DNA of 64,000 nt from an uncultured Chloroflexia bacterium (GTDB lineage Bacteria > Chloroflexota > Anaerolineae > CG2-30-64-16). Below the pieces are notes generated by a model, which made no database searches, was not told where the DNA came from, and saw nothing but the letters and a program-made list of their open reading frames with translations. The translations under genes and the position numbers were made by a program. The DNA is taken from the NCBI GenBank assembly GCA_963810095.1, contig CAWEMM010000012.1, positions 192,001 to 256,000 on the forward strand, in the 5' to 3' direction. Shown piece after piece: positions 1-9,781 of this stretch (position 1 is the first letter of the stretch; every line of letters starts with the position of its first letter).

Positions 1-1241
1 AAAACGTCACGGAGCAGTTCAACCGGGCTGCCGATCTGATGGAGCTCGATCCTGACGTCCGCTCCATCCTGGCCAAGCCCATGAACGAGGTCACCGTCAC
101 CTTCCCGGTTAAGATGGACGACGACCATGTCGAGGTCTTCACCGGCTATCGGGTGCAGCACTCGAACGTGCTCGGCCCATTCAAGGGCGGGCTCCGCTAT
201 CACCCCAACGTCAACATTGACGAGGTGCGCGCGCTGGCCACCTGGATGACCTGGAAGACGGCCATCGCCGACATCCCGATGGGCGGCGCAAAGGGCGGCA
301 TCCAGCTTAACCCGGGCAAGTACTCCAAGGCGGAGCTGGAGCGGATCACACGGCGCTTCACCTTCGCGCTGGGCAACAACATCGGCCCCGACTACGACAT
401 TCCGGCCCCCGACGTGAATACTAACGCTCAGATCATGGCGTGGATGCTTGACACGTACCTGTCGACGGTCCCGCCTGCGGACCGGCACCGCTCGTACCAT
501 GTCGTCACCGGCAAGCCGATCGAACTCGGCGGCAGCGTGGGCCGCGACAAGGCCACGGGCCAGGGCGTCGTATACGCGATGGAGCAATGGGCGGCCGACA
601 ACGACATGGATCTGGGCAAGGCAACCTATTTCGTCCAAGGCTTCGGCAACGTGGGCTCGTGGACCGCCCGGCTGCTGGCGCCAAAGGGCTCAGTTCTGCT
701 CGCCGTTCAAGACCACACGGGGTCGATTGCCCATCCGGACGGCATCGACGCCGAGGATCTGAGCAACTACGTGGCGAAGACTCGGGGCGTTGCGGGCTAT
801 CCCAAAGCTGAGGCGATCGACGCAGAGACCTTCATGAGGACGAAGGCGGACATCTTCGTGCCTGCTGCTCTCGAGGGGCAGATCACGGCGGAGACCGCGC
901 CACTGCTCGACGTGAGGGTCATTTTCGAGGCTGCCAACGGCCCCACCGACCTTGACGGCGACCACATCCTGGCCGAGAAGGGCATTCCTGTGTTGCCCGA
1001 CATCCTGTGCAACTCGGGCGGCGTCATCGTGAGCTACTTCGAATGGCTGCAGAACAAGCGCAGCGAGTTCTGGGATCTCGACGAGGTGGACCTGAAGCTG
1101 TGCAAGCGCATGGTATCCGCCTACGAGCGGGTGCGCGACACCCGCAAGCAGTACGGCGACGTCGACTGGCGCACCGCGGCCTACATGGTCGCGCTCCGGC
1201 GGCTGGCAAGGGTGTATCGCGAGCGCGGGATCTTCCCGTAA
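1..1241 (+). CDS. gdhA: Glu/Leu/Phe/Val dehydrogenase (glutamate dehydrogenase), probably 5'-truncated
   Basis: Motifs GPFKGGLRYHP, GGAKGG, PAPDVNT, GFGNVG, EAANGP, SYFEW. Frame is open upstream of ATG 39 to the window edge (NVTEQFNRAADLM). Confidence 0.92.
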   Translation, partial: NVTEQFNRAADLMELDPDVRSILAKPMNEVTVTFPVKMDDDHVEVFTGYRVQHSNVLGPFKGGLRYHPNVNIDEVRALATWMTWKTAIADIPMGGAKGGIQLNPGKYSKAELERITRRFTFALGNNIGPDYDIPAPDVNTNAQIMAWMLDTYLSTVPPADRHRSYHVVTGKPIELGGSVGRDKATGQGVVYAMEQWAADNDMDLGKATYFVQGFGNVGSWTARLLAPKGSVLLAVQDHTGSIAHPDGIDAEDLSNYVAKTRGVAGYPKAEAIDAETFMRTKADIFVPAALEGQITAETAPLLDVRVIFEAANGPTDLDGDHILAEKGIPVLPDILCNSGGVIVSYFEWLQNKRSEFWDLDEVDLKLCKRMVSAYERVRDTRKQYGDVDWRTAAYMVALRRLARVYRERGIFP

Positions 1242-1254
1242 ACCAAACCGGGCC

Positions 1255-1333
1255 TTCACAGGAAGAACCAAAGAACCAAAAGCGGCACGAAGCAGACCTT
1301 GTGAACGTTTGGTTCGTCGGTCCTTCCTGTGCA
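1255..1333. repeat. Periodic inverted-repeat element, family A copy 1
   Basis: CACAGGAAGAACCAAAGAACCAAA ... TTTGGTTCGTCGGTCCTTCCTGTG imperfect inverted repeat just after the gdhA stop. Confidence 0.75.
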
Positions 1334-1419
1334 GCCCAACCTGAGCCGGCACGGAACTGTGGCGCTTTCGAAGCCGTCGCAAACCTGCTGGCAAAAATCC
1401 AATTATCAGGTATTCTATT

Positions 1420-2811
1420 TTGCATAAGAAACTCTTGATCGGCACGGGCTGCGTCGCCGCGTTCGTCCTCGCAGCCGGCGTCGTCCTGATGACATTCGCT
1501 CTCTATCGCTACGGCGGCGTCGAGGGCGTCACAGACCGGGTCCGAATGCAGCTTGTGAGCGAGCAGCCGCACGACGACTTCGTGCCCACCCCAGACACGG
1601 CCGTCGCGCTGCCAGACCCGGTCCAACTTGCCGCCTCCAGTATCCTGGCGACCGCCACGAGCGCGCCTGTCGCACTCGAAGCGGCAGCGACGCCGGACCG
1701 TGCTGCGGAGCAACTGGCCTCGTTGATGCAGCCGTCCGATGTGCCCGTCCACCGGAGCAGCCGGTCCATCGCGCCAGGGCCGGCGCCAATCGCGTCTGCC
1801 ACCGCGGCCCCTGCCCTGCCAACGGCTTCGCCCACCGCGGCGCCTGTGTTCCCGCCCGCCACACAACTCGAGGGGCTCGCGCACTACTGGCAGACGTGGA
1901 ACAATTGCGGCCCGGCCACGCTGAGCATGAACCTCAGCTATTTCGGGATCAAGATGGGCCAGGACAAGATCGGCCCGGCGCTCAAGCCCGAAAAGGACGA
2001 CAAGAACGTCGCGCCGGAGCAAATGGCCGCGTACGCCCGCAGCCAGGGGCTTAAGGCGCTCGTGCGCGTGCACGGCGACTCGAACCGGCTGAAGGCGCTG
2101 TTGCAGGCGGGTGTGCCGGTGCTCGTCGAAACGTGGTACGAGCCAAAGCCGAACGACGGCATGGGCCACTACCGGTTGATCGTGGGCTATGACGACGCGG
2201 GTGCGGGCGGAGGCTATTGGATTGCCTACGACTCCTACGACTCGCACGGCATCCAGAAGGGCGACCCCTACCGGGGCGTGCACTTCCCCTACGGCAGCTT
2301 CGACAAGCTCTGGAAGGTGTTCGGACGCACCTACATCCCGGTTTACGACGAGAGCCGTGCCGGGGCTGTCGAACAGGTGCTGGGGGCCGACCTGGACGAC
2401 GCGCAGATGTGGCAGCGCGCACTGGCCGGCGACTTGGCCTATGTGAAGGCCAACCCTAAGGACGCGTTTGGTTGGTTCAACGTGGGCACAGACTATCTGA
2501 ACCTCGGCGACAGTAAGGCAGCTGCCCAGGCCTATGACGCCGCGCGGCGCCTTAAGCTGCCCTGGCGCATGTTGTGGTACCAGTTTGGTCCGTTCAAAGC
2601 GTATTACGACCAGGGGCGCTACAAGGAAGTCATCACGCTGGCCGACGCGACGATCAAGACCGCCGTCAACGACGAGGAGCTGTTCTACTGGAAAGGCCTC
2701 GCCCAGCAGGCGCTCGGCGACACGGCCGGCGCCAAAGCCTCGCTCCAGCAGGCCGTCAAGCTTCGCCCGACCTACCAGGATGCGCTCGACGCCCTGGCGC
2801 AGCTGAAATAG
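1420..2811 (+). CDS. Membrane-anchored C39-like cysteine peptidase with C-terminal TPR repeats
   Basis: N-terminal TM, Pro/Ala linker, QTWNNCGPATL (catalytic Cys), GHYRLIVGYDD (His), YDS, TPR-like helices at the C-terminus. Confidence 0.8.
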   Translation: MHKKLLIGTGCVAAFVLAAGVVLMTFALYRYGGVEGVTDRVRMQLVSEQPHDDFVPTPDTAVALPDPVQLAASSILATATSAPVALEAAATPDRAAEQLASLMQPSDVPVHRSSRSIAPGPAPIASATAAPALPTASPTAAPVFPPATQLEGLAHYWQTWNNCGPATLSMNLSYFGIKMGQDKIGPALKPEKDDKNVAPEQMAAYARSQGLKALVRVHGDSNRLKALLQAGVPVLVETWYEPKPNDGMGHYRLIVGYDDAGAGGGYWIAYDSYDSHGIQKGDPYRGVHFPYGSFDKLWKVFGRTYIPVYDESRAGAVEQVLGADLDDAQMWQRALAGDLAYVKANPKDAFGWFNVGTDYLNLGDSKAAAQAYDAARRLKLPWRMLWYQFGPFKAYYDQGRYKEVITLADATIKTAVNDEELFYWKGLAQQALGDTAGAKASLQQAVKLRPTYQDALDALAQLK

Positions 2812-2905
2812 GGCGCTCATTGCGCTGATCGAACTGATTGCGCTGATCGAACCGATCTTTGGGAGATCAGTTCGATCCGTCGGATCAGTTGAATCGGCGT
2901 CCCAT
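2812..2905. repeat. 9-nt-period inverted-repeat element, family B copy 1
   Basis: GCGCTGATC GAACTGATT GCGCTGATC GAACCGATC ... GATCAGTTC GATCCGTCG GATCAGTTG AATCGGCG. Confidence 0.7.
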
Positions 2906-2915
2906 TCTTTACTCC

Positions 2916-4472
2916 ATGACGGAAGCATCTACCCGCCGGCACATTGCCCGCAACGTCCTGCTCGTTGCGGGCTGCTTCGCGCTGGCGGCCGTGGCGGGCC
3001 TCTTCCGCAACGCGGTCATCGCCGCGACCTTCGGCATCGGCTCCGCGCTGGATGCCTATTATGCGGCTTTTAAGCTCCCAGACCTCCTGTTTACAATCGT
3101 AGCGGGCGGTGCGCTGGCAACCGCTTTCATCCCCGTGTTCGCCGACTACGTGGCCGGCGGCGACCGGGCCGGCGCGTGGCGGCTGACGTCCGCGGTCCTC
3201 AACTGGGTCATCGTCCTGATCACGCTGCTGGCTGCAGTGGCCGCGTTTCTGGCGCCCGTCCTCGTGCGCACCGTCATCGCGCCCGGCTTCACCTTGGCCG
3301 AGCAGGCCGAGACGGCGAGCGTCATGCGCATCGTCCTCTTCTCGACGGTCCTGTTCGGCATGTCTGCCGTGCTGGGCAGCGCGCTGAATGGCCTGAAGCA
3401 CTTCCTGCTGCCTGCGCTGGCGCCGGTCGTCTACCCCCTGTGCATCGCAGCGGGCGCGTTGTTCCTGGCACCCACCATGGGCGTGCGCGGCCTTGCCGTG
3501 GGCGCGGTCGTGGGTGCGCTGCTGCACCTGCTGATCAAGGTCCCGGCCCTCATCAAGTACGGCTTCCACTGGTCGCCCCTATTCCGAATGGGCGACGGCT
3601 CCGTGCGGCGAGTCGCAGTACTGATGGGCCCGCGCGTGCTCGACCTCGCCATGTTCCACCTGACCCTGCTCGCGACGACCAACCTGGCTTCCCGGCTTGG
3701 GCCCGGCAGCGTCAGCGCGCTGCAGTGGGGGTGGGATGCCATGCAGCTGCCCGAAACCATCATCGGCACCGCGTTCGGGCTGGTGGCCTTCCCCACCCTG
3801 GCCGAGCTCGCCGCACGCGGCAACCAGGACGGGCTGCGCCGGACGCTGGGCGAGTCGCTGCGCACCGTGCTGGCGTTCGCGGTGCCCGCGGCGGCGGGGC
3901 TCATCCTGCTCGGCCGGCCGCTCATTGCGCTGCTCTACCAACGCGGCAGTTTTGACGCGCAGGCGACAGAGGCTGTCTATGCCGCCCTGCGCATGTACGC
4001 CCTCGGTCTCACCGCCCAGTGCGTGCTCGAGCTGGCCGCCCGCGCCTATTTCGCGCAGAAGGACACCATCACGCCCCTCATCCTGGCAACCGGCTCCGCG
4101 GTGCTGAACATCGCTCTCGGGATCGTCCTGATGCGGCCGATGGGATACACGGGGCTCGCACTCGCCAACTCGGTGGCAGTGACGCTGGAGGTGCTGGCGC
4201 TCCTCTTCATCCTGGGCCGCCGCATGGGCGGGGTCGAGGGGACGGCAAACGGGAAGGCGTTGCTGCGGGTGTTGGCCGCAACAGGCGTAATGTCGGCGGC
4301 AGTGCTGGCCGTGCTGACGCTGGGCGCGCAGGCGGGAATGGGCGGTTTGCTCGGCGTGGCCCTGGCGGCCGCGGTGGGCGCACTGGTCTACGTGGTCGCG
4401 GCGCTCCTCTTTCGCGTGCGGGAACTGGGACGGTTCGTCGGGGCCATCCTGGGCAAGCGCACGTCGGCTTAA
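2916..4472 (+). CDS. murJ: Lipid II flippase MurJ (MviN family)
   Basis: DAYYAAFKLPDLLF..GGAL..AFIPVF, ~14 TM segments, QLPETIIG, RAYFAQKDT.TP. ATG 2916 preferred over the ORF start at 2859, which lies in a repeat. Confidence 0.9.
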   Translation: MTEASTRRHIARNVLLVAGCFALAAVAGLFRNAVIAATFGIGSALDAYYAAFKLPDLLFTIVAGGALATAFIPVFADYVAGGDRAGAWRLTSAVLNWVIVLITLLAAVAAFLAPVLVRTVIAPGFTLAEQAETASVMRIVLFSTVLFGMSAVLGSALNGLKHFLLPALAPVVYPLCIAAGALFLAPTMGVRGLAVGAVVGALLHLLIKVPALIKYGFHWSPLFRMGDGSVRRVAVLMGPRVLDLAMFHLTLLATTNLASRLGPGSVSALQWGWDAMQLPETIIGTAFGLVAFPTLAELAARGNQDGLRRTLGESLRTVLAFAVPAAAGLILLGRPLIALLYQRGSFDAQATEAVYAALRMYALGLTAQCVLELAARAYFAQKDTITPLILATGSAVLNIALGIVLMRPMGYTGLALANSVAVTLEVLALLFILGRRMGGVEGTANGKALLRVLAATGVMSAAVLAVLTLGAQAGMGGLLGVALAAAVGALVYVVAALLFRVRELGRFVGAILGKRTSA

Positions 4473-4887
4473 GTGCAACACAGGGAAATTGTCGGCGGAT
4501 GCATAATGGCGATTTGGCGGGGGCACTCTTGCCCCCGCCGCCCCCCGCCCAGGGGCTGCGCCCCTTGGAACCCCAAAGGCAACACCATGGGTACAGGTTT
4601 GGCCGGTTAAGTGACTATAGGGGCGGATGAGCCAGGCACGGCAGGAACCATGCGTGTACTTTTAACCGACGTTGTGTGAGAAGCGACCGTTGCGCCCCCG
4701 GCACCGCCAAGGGCATAACTGTAGCGAGGCAGCCCGCCCGCGAGGAGCGTGTCCTTTGGGGGTTTCGGGGGCATCGCCCCCGAAGCGGGAGCGGCGGCAG
4801 CCGGGCGGCGGGGGCCAGCCGGCCCTCACCAAAAAGCATGACGCACCTTGCACGGCCATCCGCCAATTTCCCAGTGATTGCACCTAA
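4469..4887. mobile_element. MITE/REPIN-like non-coding element with long imperfect terminal inverted repeats
   Basis: Left TTAAGTGCAACACAGGGAAATTGTCGGCGGATG vs reverse complement of the right end TTAGGTGCAATCACTGGGAAATTGGCGGATG. Inner inverted REP-like hairpins (GGGGCTGCGCCCC / GGGGGCATCGCCCCC). Confidence 0.6.
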
Positions 4888-5086
4888 ACCAATCGCAAAG
4901 TGAAAAGAACACGCTGTAGGGCGAGCTCTAGCTCGACGGTGTACTACGTTCGCAACCCCGTATTGCGACTGCTTTAGTCACTGGCGGGATTTCTGCACTA
5001 GACGAACGTTTGTTGTTCACCCCAAGCGACCATGCTAAACTACGAGAGGCTTCGAATCGTCGCCTGTCCATCCGAGGAGCGTCATT

Positions 5087-5944
5087 ATGAACGTCGTAAA
5101 AAAGGTCGTTGCAGTGCTCGTCATGGTCCTGAGCGTTCTGCTCCTGCTTGTCATGCTTGCGGGCATTGGCGGCGTATGGTGGGGGCAGGGGCAGCTCAAG
5201 GGAGCCGTTACCTCGCTCTCCACCGCGGCCAATACCGCGCTGACAAGCGCCAGCGGCGCAGTAACGCAGGTGGACACGGTCGTGCAGACGAGCCAGGGCC
5301 GCGTCGACGAGGCCGTGACCAACATCACGGCTGCCGGCACGAAGGTCGAGGAAAGCAAAGTGGCCCTCGCGGCCGCAGAGAAACTGCTCGATACTGACCT
5401 CACGTCGGGCCTCCAGCGCGTCACCGAGCGGGTGAGCGACCTTCGGGCCACGATCTCGGTCATCGACCAGACGGTCAGCTTGATGCAGCGCTTGCCAGGG
5501 GGACGTGACAACCAGCTCCTTACAACAGCAGACGCGGTCATCGCGAAGCTTAAGGAGCTCGACCAGGCGGTGCAGGACTTCCGAACCTCTGTCCAGGATG
5601 CGAAGGCGCAGGCCACGGCCGCCGTCGTGGAGAAAGTGACGACCCCGCTCAACCGCGTCAGCGCGCGCCTCGGTGAGGTGAGCACGGACCTGGCGACGCT
5701 CAATCAGCGCATCGCCGAAGAGCAGTCTGCGCTGGCGACGCTCACAGGCCAGGTCTTGACCGGGATCACCCTCGGCGCGATCGTGCTGACGCTCGCGTTC
5801 CTGTGGATGGCGCTCGCCCAACTCGCCCTCTTTGTCCACGCCTGGGGAATCTTCACCGGCCGCGACCCGCTGGCCCGGTGGCACAAGCGCAAGTCGGGTG
5901 CGGATGCGCTCCCGGTCCCTCAGGCAACGGGCGGCGTCGCCTAA
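5087..5944 (+). CDS. Hypothetical membrane protein (two TM, long helical/coiled-coil middle)
   Basis: RBS GAGGAG, N- and C-terminal hydrophobic segments, heptad-like central region. Confidence 0.75.
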   Translation: MNVVKKVVAVLVMVLSVLLLLVMLAGIGGVWWGQGQLKGAVTSLSTAANTALTSASGAVTQVDTVVQTSQGRVDEAVTNITAAGTKVEESKVALAAAEKLLDTDLTSGLQRVTERVSDLRATISVIDQTVSLMQRLPGGRDNQLLTTADAVIAKLKELDQAVQDFRTSVQDAKAQATAAVVEKVTTPLNRVSARLGEVSTDLATLNQRIAEEQSALATLTGQVLTGITLGAIVLTLAFLWMALAQLALFVHAWGIFTGRDPLARWHKRKSGADALPVPQATGGVA

Positions 5945-5980
5945 GCTTCTTTGCACTCAGGGTCTATTCGAGGATTAGCT

Positions 5981-6050
5981 GGGGCCGGTCTCTGACCGTG
6001 TCCCGTCTGGCCCGGGCGCCAGCCAAACTGGCGTACGAGACCGGCCACAG
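5981..6050. repeat. REP-like inverted repeat (GCCGGTCTC...GAGACCGGC)
   Basis: GGCCGGTCTC at ~5983 and GAGACCGGCC at ~6037; a related sequence occurs at ~15140. Confidence 0.5.
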
Positions 6051-6169
6051 CGTTTTCGGATAGACACTCATGCTTTTTGCGGGCCAGACTTCCCGCGGTT
6101 TCAAGCGCGGGAAGTCTGGCCGCGGCGTTGATCTCTATCCCCGACGCTTAGCCCTCGGAGTGACCAATC

Positions 6170-7003
6170 GTGGAAACGCTCGTCGCCGCTCTCGGCAAGA
6201 CCGCCCTCGTCGTGGCGGTCCGCCTGCTCATCCTCGGTATTGCCGCATGGGTGTTTTTCTGGCTCATCGAGCGGGGCCGGCGGCTCTTCGAGCAGCGTAT
6301 CGTGCAGAAGTCCGACGACCCCTCCCGCAAGGCCCGCCTGGCAACCCTGCTCGAGGCATCGGTCCGCACGGCGCAGCTCTTCCTTGTGGTCGTGCTCGGG
6401 CTGATGGTGCTGGCCTCGCTAGGCATCAACATCGGGCCGGTGCTGGCCGCGGCCGGCGTAATGGGTCTGGCAGTTTCCCTCGGCGCGCAGGCATTGATCA
6501 AGGACTTCATCGGGGGCCTGCTGATCCTACTCGAGGACCAGTTCCGGGTGGGCGACGTGATCAGGGTGCAGGATACGGAGGGCACGGTCGAGCGTATCTC
6601 GCTGCGCGCTTGCAACGTGCGCGACCTCCAGGGGCGGCTGTGGGTGGTGCCTAACGGCGATGTCCGGTTCGTCTCGAACGCGACGCGCGACTGGGCCAGG
6701 GCCGTGGTCGACCTGAACCTCGACCTCGGCGCCGACGTGAACAGGGCCGTCTCGGTGCTCCAGGCCGCGCTGCTGGAAGCGGCGGAGGACCCGGCCCTGC
6801 TGGACAAGCTGCTCGAAAAGCCCGTGGTCGAAGGTTACACCGGCATCACCGACTGGGCCGTGCAGGTGCGGCTGAAGGCGATGACCCAAGCGGGTCAACA
6901 GTGGAGTGTCGCCCGAATTCTGCGGGAGGAAGCCTTGGCGGCCTTGCGCGATGCCGGCATCCCCGTCGCCGCCAGGATGGCCGGCCGGGACGGAGCGATT
7001 TGA
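6170..7003 (+). CDS. Small-conductance mechanosensitive channel (MscS family)
   Basis: GLAVSLGAQALIKDFIGG..LLEDQFRVGDVI, G.VE.I.LR, VPNG. Confidence 0.9.
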   Translation: METLVAALGKTALVVAVRLLILGIAAWVFFWLIERGRRLFEQRIVQKSDDPSRKARLATLLEASVRTAQLFLVVVLGLMVLASLGINIGPVLAAAGVMGLAVSLGAQALIKDFIGGLLILLEDQFRVGDVIRVQDTEGTVERISLRACNVRDLQGRLWVVPNGDVRFVSNATRDWARAVVDLNLDLGADVNRAVSVLQAALLEAAEDPALLDKLLEKPVVEGYTGITDWAVQVRLKAMTQAGQQWSVARILREEALAALRDAGIPVAARMAGRDGAI

Positions 7004-7187
7004 GGGCCAGGGGGGCGGACTTGCACGACCGGTGCGTGCTTTCGCCGCCGAGGCCTCAGGGGTGGAGTTCGAGTTTTCTGTAGGGGCCTTGCGCTGAATC
7101 TTGCAGCCCGCCCGACTTACGGGTGGAACTTCCGGTCCTCGTTAATCTTGTGTTACAATCCCCGTCGATTGCTTTGCGGAGTCGCGG

Positions 7188-7460
7188 ATGCCGATCTACG
7201 AGTATGCCTGCCGGGCGTGCGGAGCTGAGTTCGAGCACCTGCACGCATCGATGAAGGAGATCACTGCGCCTGCCTGCCCCGCCTGCACGAGTTCGGATGT
7301 GCAGCGGCGCTTCTCCGCGCCGGCCGTCCGGCTGAGCGGCAAGACATCGGATGCGGGCGGCGAGCAACCCGCCACCGCGCCGAGTAAGCCGGAGGTCTTC
7401 GGGCGGAAAGAGCTTAACGCGGCGCTGAGCAGCCAGGGCAAACAACCTACGGGAGAATAG
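7188..7460 (+). CDS. FmdB-family zinc-ribbon protein
   Basis: MPIYEYACRAC...CPAC..S..VQRRFS signature. Confidence 0.88.
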   Translation: MPIYEYACRACGAEFEHLHASMKEITAPACPACTSSDVQRRFSAPAVRLSGKTSDAGGEQPATAPSKPEVFGRKELNAALSSQGKQPTGE

Positions 7461-7462
7461 GG

Positions 7463-7889
7463 ATGGACGAGGCGCTGGTCAAAAAGCTGCAAGCTTAAGC
7501 CGGGGGTACGCGTCCTCGTGTTGAACCCGCCCGAGGGGTACCTGGCGCGCTTAGCGCCCCTCCCTGCCCGCGCGACGCTCGTAGACCAGGGCCCGGCCGA
7601 CTGGGTCCAGGTGTTCGTGCGTAACAAGGCCGAGGTGGATGTGCTGGCCCCCCAGGCTATCGAGGCCGTGAAACGCGACGGCGTGCTTTGGCTCAGCTAC
7701 ATCAAGGGCGGCGCCAAGGCCGGCACGGACATCAACCGGGATAAGGGCTGGGATGTTGTCTACGCGGCCGGATGGGGCCCAGTCGCGAGCGCGGCGATCG
7801 ACGAGCAGTGGACGGCACTGCGTTTTCGGCCGGAGGCCGACATAGAGCGCAAGAGTGGGTCGCAGTTTGCACAGGATCGGGGCAAGTGA
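7463..7889 (+). CDS. Hypothetical protein (DUF3052-like); 1-nt frameshift near 7490
   Basis: MDEALVKKL / KLKPGVRVLVLNPP joins the ORF at 7518; LWLSYIKG..TDINRD..W...AIDEQWTALRFRP. Confidence 0.6.
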
Positions 7890-8416
7890 GGGTCGGCCGC
7901 CCTTCTGCTGCCGGCATCGCCGGCTTGTTTCTGGTGCTCGGGCTGACCGCGTGTGCGTCCGCTCCGAGTACCGTGACGCCGGGCTACCGCGCCGTCAATC
8001 TCCAGCCCGGAGACAGCATTAAGGTCGACGACGCAACACAGGACGTGACGCTCGAGGTCACCAGCGAGCGCGGCATCGGAAAGGTTGACATCGTTCGGAC
8101 GGGGTCCCCGCCCAAGACCTTGACGATCAATTTCCACCTCAAGGGGTTGGAAGAACTGCGTTGGAGCTGGGGCGACACCACCCTGATCGCACACGTATCC
8201 AGCAACGATGGCGGGGTGCGTGAGGAGGTCATCCAGAACGGCGGCCAGCCGGTGCCGGTCGACAGCACCAGCCCGTATTGGGCGCCGGTCGCGATTGAGG
8301 GCAGCAACCCGAAGATCCCGCTGCAAGATGGCTTCTTTGCCGTGACCGCGCCGCCGGCCTTCCTGCAGGCCGCGCCGCAGCGGTTTAGCCTCCAGTGGAT
8401 CGACTTCTACAGGTGA
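7886..8416 (+). CDS. Putative lipoprotein
   Basis: GTG overlaps the upstream TGA; hydrophobic signal ending in lipobox LTAC; C-terminal WIDFYR. Confidence 0.65.
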   Translation: MRVGRPSAAGIAGLFLVLGLTACASAPSTVTPGYRAVNLQPGDSIKVDDATQDVTLEVTSERGIGKVDIVRTGSPPKTLTINFHLKGLEELRWSWGDTTLIAHVSSNDGGVREEVIQNGGQPVPVDSTSPYWAPVAIEGSNPKIPLQDGFFAVTAPPAFLQAAPQRFSLQWIDFYR

Positions 8417-8450
8417 AACACCTCTACTCGGCCGAGAACTGCTAACACGC

Positions 8451-9701
8451 ATGCGAACTCTTGCCCAAAGACTACGGCATTACGCCTTTGCCCTGTGCGT
8501 CCTGGCGCTTCTGGTGTCGCCGGCGGCGGCCCGCGCCTCGGAACCCGCGGCGAACGCTTTCTTCGATCGCACCGGCCGGGTCCAACGGGCGCCGTTTGCC
8601 ACGCTCAAAGACTTCGATGCTCGGCTCGCATCGCTCACGCCGGGCAAGGCAGCAGATGCTTTCTGGGCCGACATCGTGTCGCTCGGGCAGATGCCGCTGG
8701 TATTCGGCGACACGGCCGTGTTCCTGTACCGGGGGCCTGCCGGCTCGGTCGCATGGCTAGGCGATTTCAACAAGTGGCAGGCCAAGAATGCGCTCCCGGG
8801 TCGCAGGGTTGGGGGCACCGACATCTGGACCGCCCGCCGGACGTTCCCGCTCGACGCGCGCCTTGACTACAAGCTTAGCGTCGACGGCGTGCAGCGTCTC
8901 GACCCGCTCAACCCCCTCGCCCAACAGGATGGTTACGTCAGAAACTCGGTGCTGACGATGCCCCACTATGCACCATCCGCTTGGACCGTGCGACGAAGCG
9001 CAGGCGCGGGCTCCTTGAGCGAGCCGTTTGTCCTGCAAAGCAAGCACCTGGGTTACGCGAAACGCTTCCGCGTTTATACACCCGCGGGCATCAAGCAACT
9101 CGCCGGTCTGCCGGTGCTGTACCTTACCGATGGCCAGGAGTTCGCCGACGAGCGCATGGGCGGGCTGCCCGCCATCCTCGACAACCTGATTGCCGAGGGC
9201 CGGATCGAGCCCGTTCTTGCGGTATTTGTCGACCCGCGCGGCGTAGGCTCGGATGACAACCGGCGCGGCCCCGAACTGCTGACCAACCCACGCTTCCAGT
9301 CCTTCCTCACCCAGGAACTCATCCCCTGGATCGACGCCCGCTACCCGTCTCGTGCGGATGCCGCGAGCCGAGCCATTGCCGGCGTGTCGCTCGGGGGCTT
9401 GCAGGCCACCTATACGGCCATGCGCCAGCCGCAGTGGTTCGGCATGGCCGCCGCGCTCTCTCCCTACTATGCGGCCAAGCCGGCAGTCCTGGCCGAAGTG
9501 GAAAAGAACGCTAAGATCCCCGTCCGCTTCTTCGTCAGCCAAGGCACGTACGACCTGGACGTTGCCAACACCCGCCATCTGCGAGCCGTGCTGGAGACAA
9601 AAGGCGCGGCTTACCGCTACCTCGAGACGAACGACGGACACTCCTGGGGCAACTGGCGTGGCGTGCTCGACGACATGCTCCTCTATTTCTTCGGTCAATA
9701 A
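8451..9701 (+). CDS. Secreted enterochelin-esterase-like alpha/beta hydrolase with N-terminal CBM48/E-set domain
   Basis: Signal peptide, GDFNKW...LDPLNP, VYTPAG, GVSLGG nucleophile motif, DGHSW. Confidence 0.85.
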   Translation: MRTLAQRLRHYAFALCVLALLVSPAAARASEPAANAFFDRTGRVQRAPFATLKDFDARLASLTPGKAADAFWADIVSLGQMPLVFGDTAVFLYRGPAGSVAWLGDFNKWQAKNALPGRRVGGTDIWTARRTFPLDARLDYKLSVDGVQRLDPLNPLAQQDGYVRNSVLTMPHYAPSAWTVRRSAGAGSLSEPFVLQSKHLGYAKRFRVYTPAGIKQLAGLPVLYLTDGQEFADERMGGLPAILDNLIAEGRIEPVLAVFVDPRGVGSDDNRRGPELLTNPRFQSFLTQELIPWIDARYPSRADAASRAIAGVSLGGLQATYTAMRQPQWFGMAAALSPYYAAKPAVLAEVEKNAKIPVRFFVSQGTYDLDVANTRHLRAVLETKGAAYRYLETNDGHSWGNWRGVLDDMLLYFFGQ

Positions 9702-9781
9702 TCCGGCCCCGTGCCCTATTCCTTCGCCATTGACCAGATTGCGCCTCGTGATTATGATGGTTTGCACAAGGAGGAAGGCGT

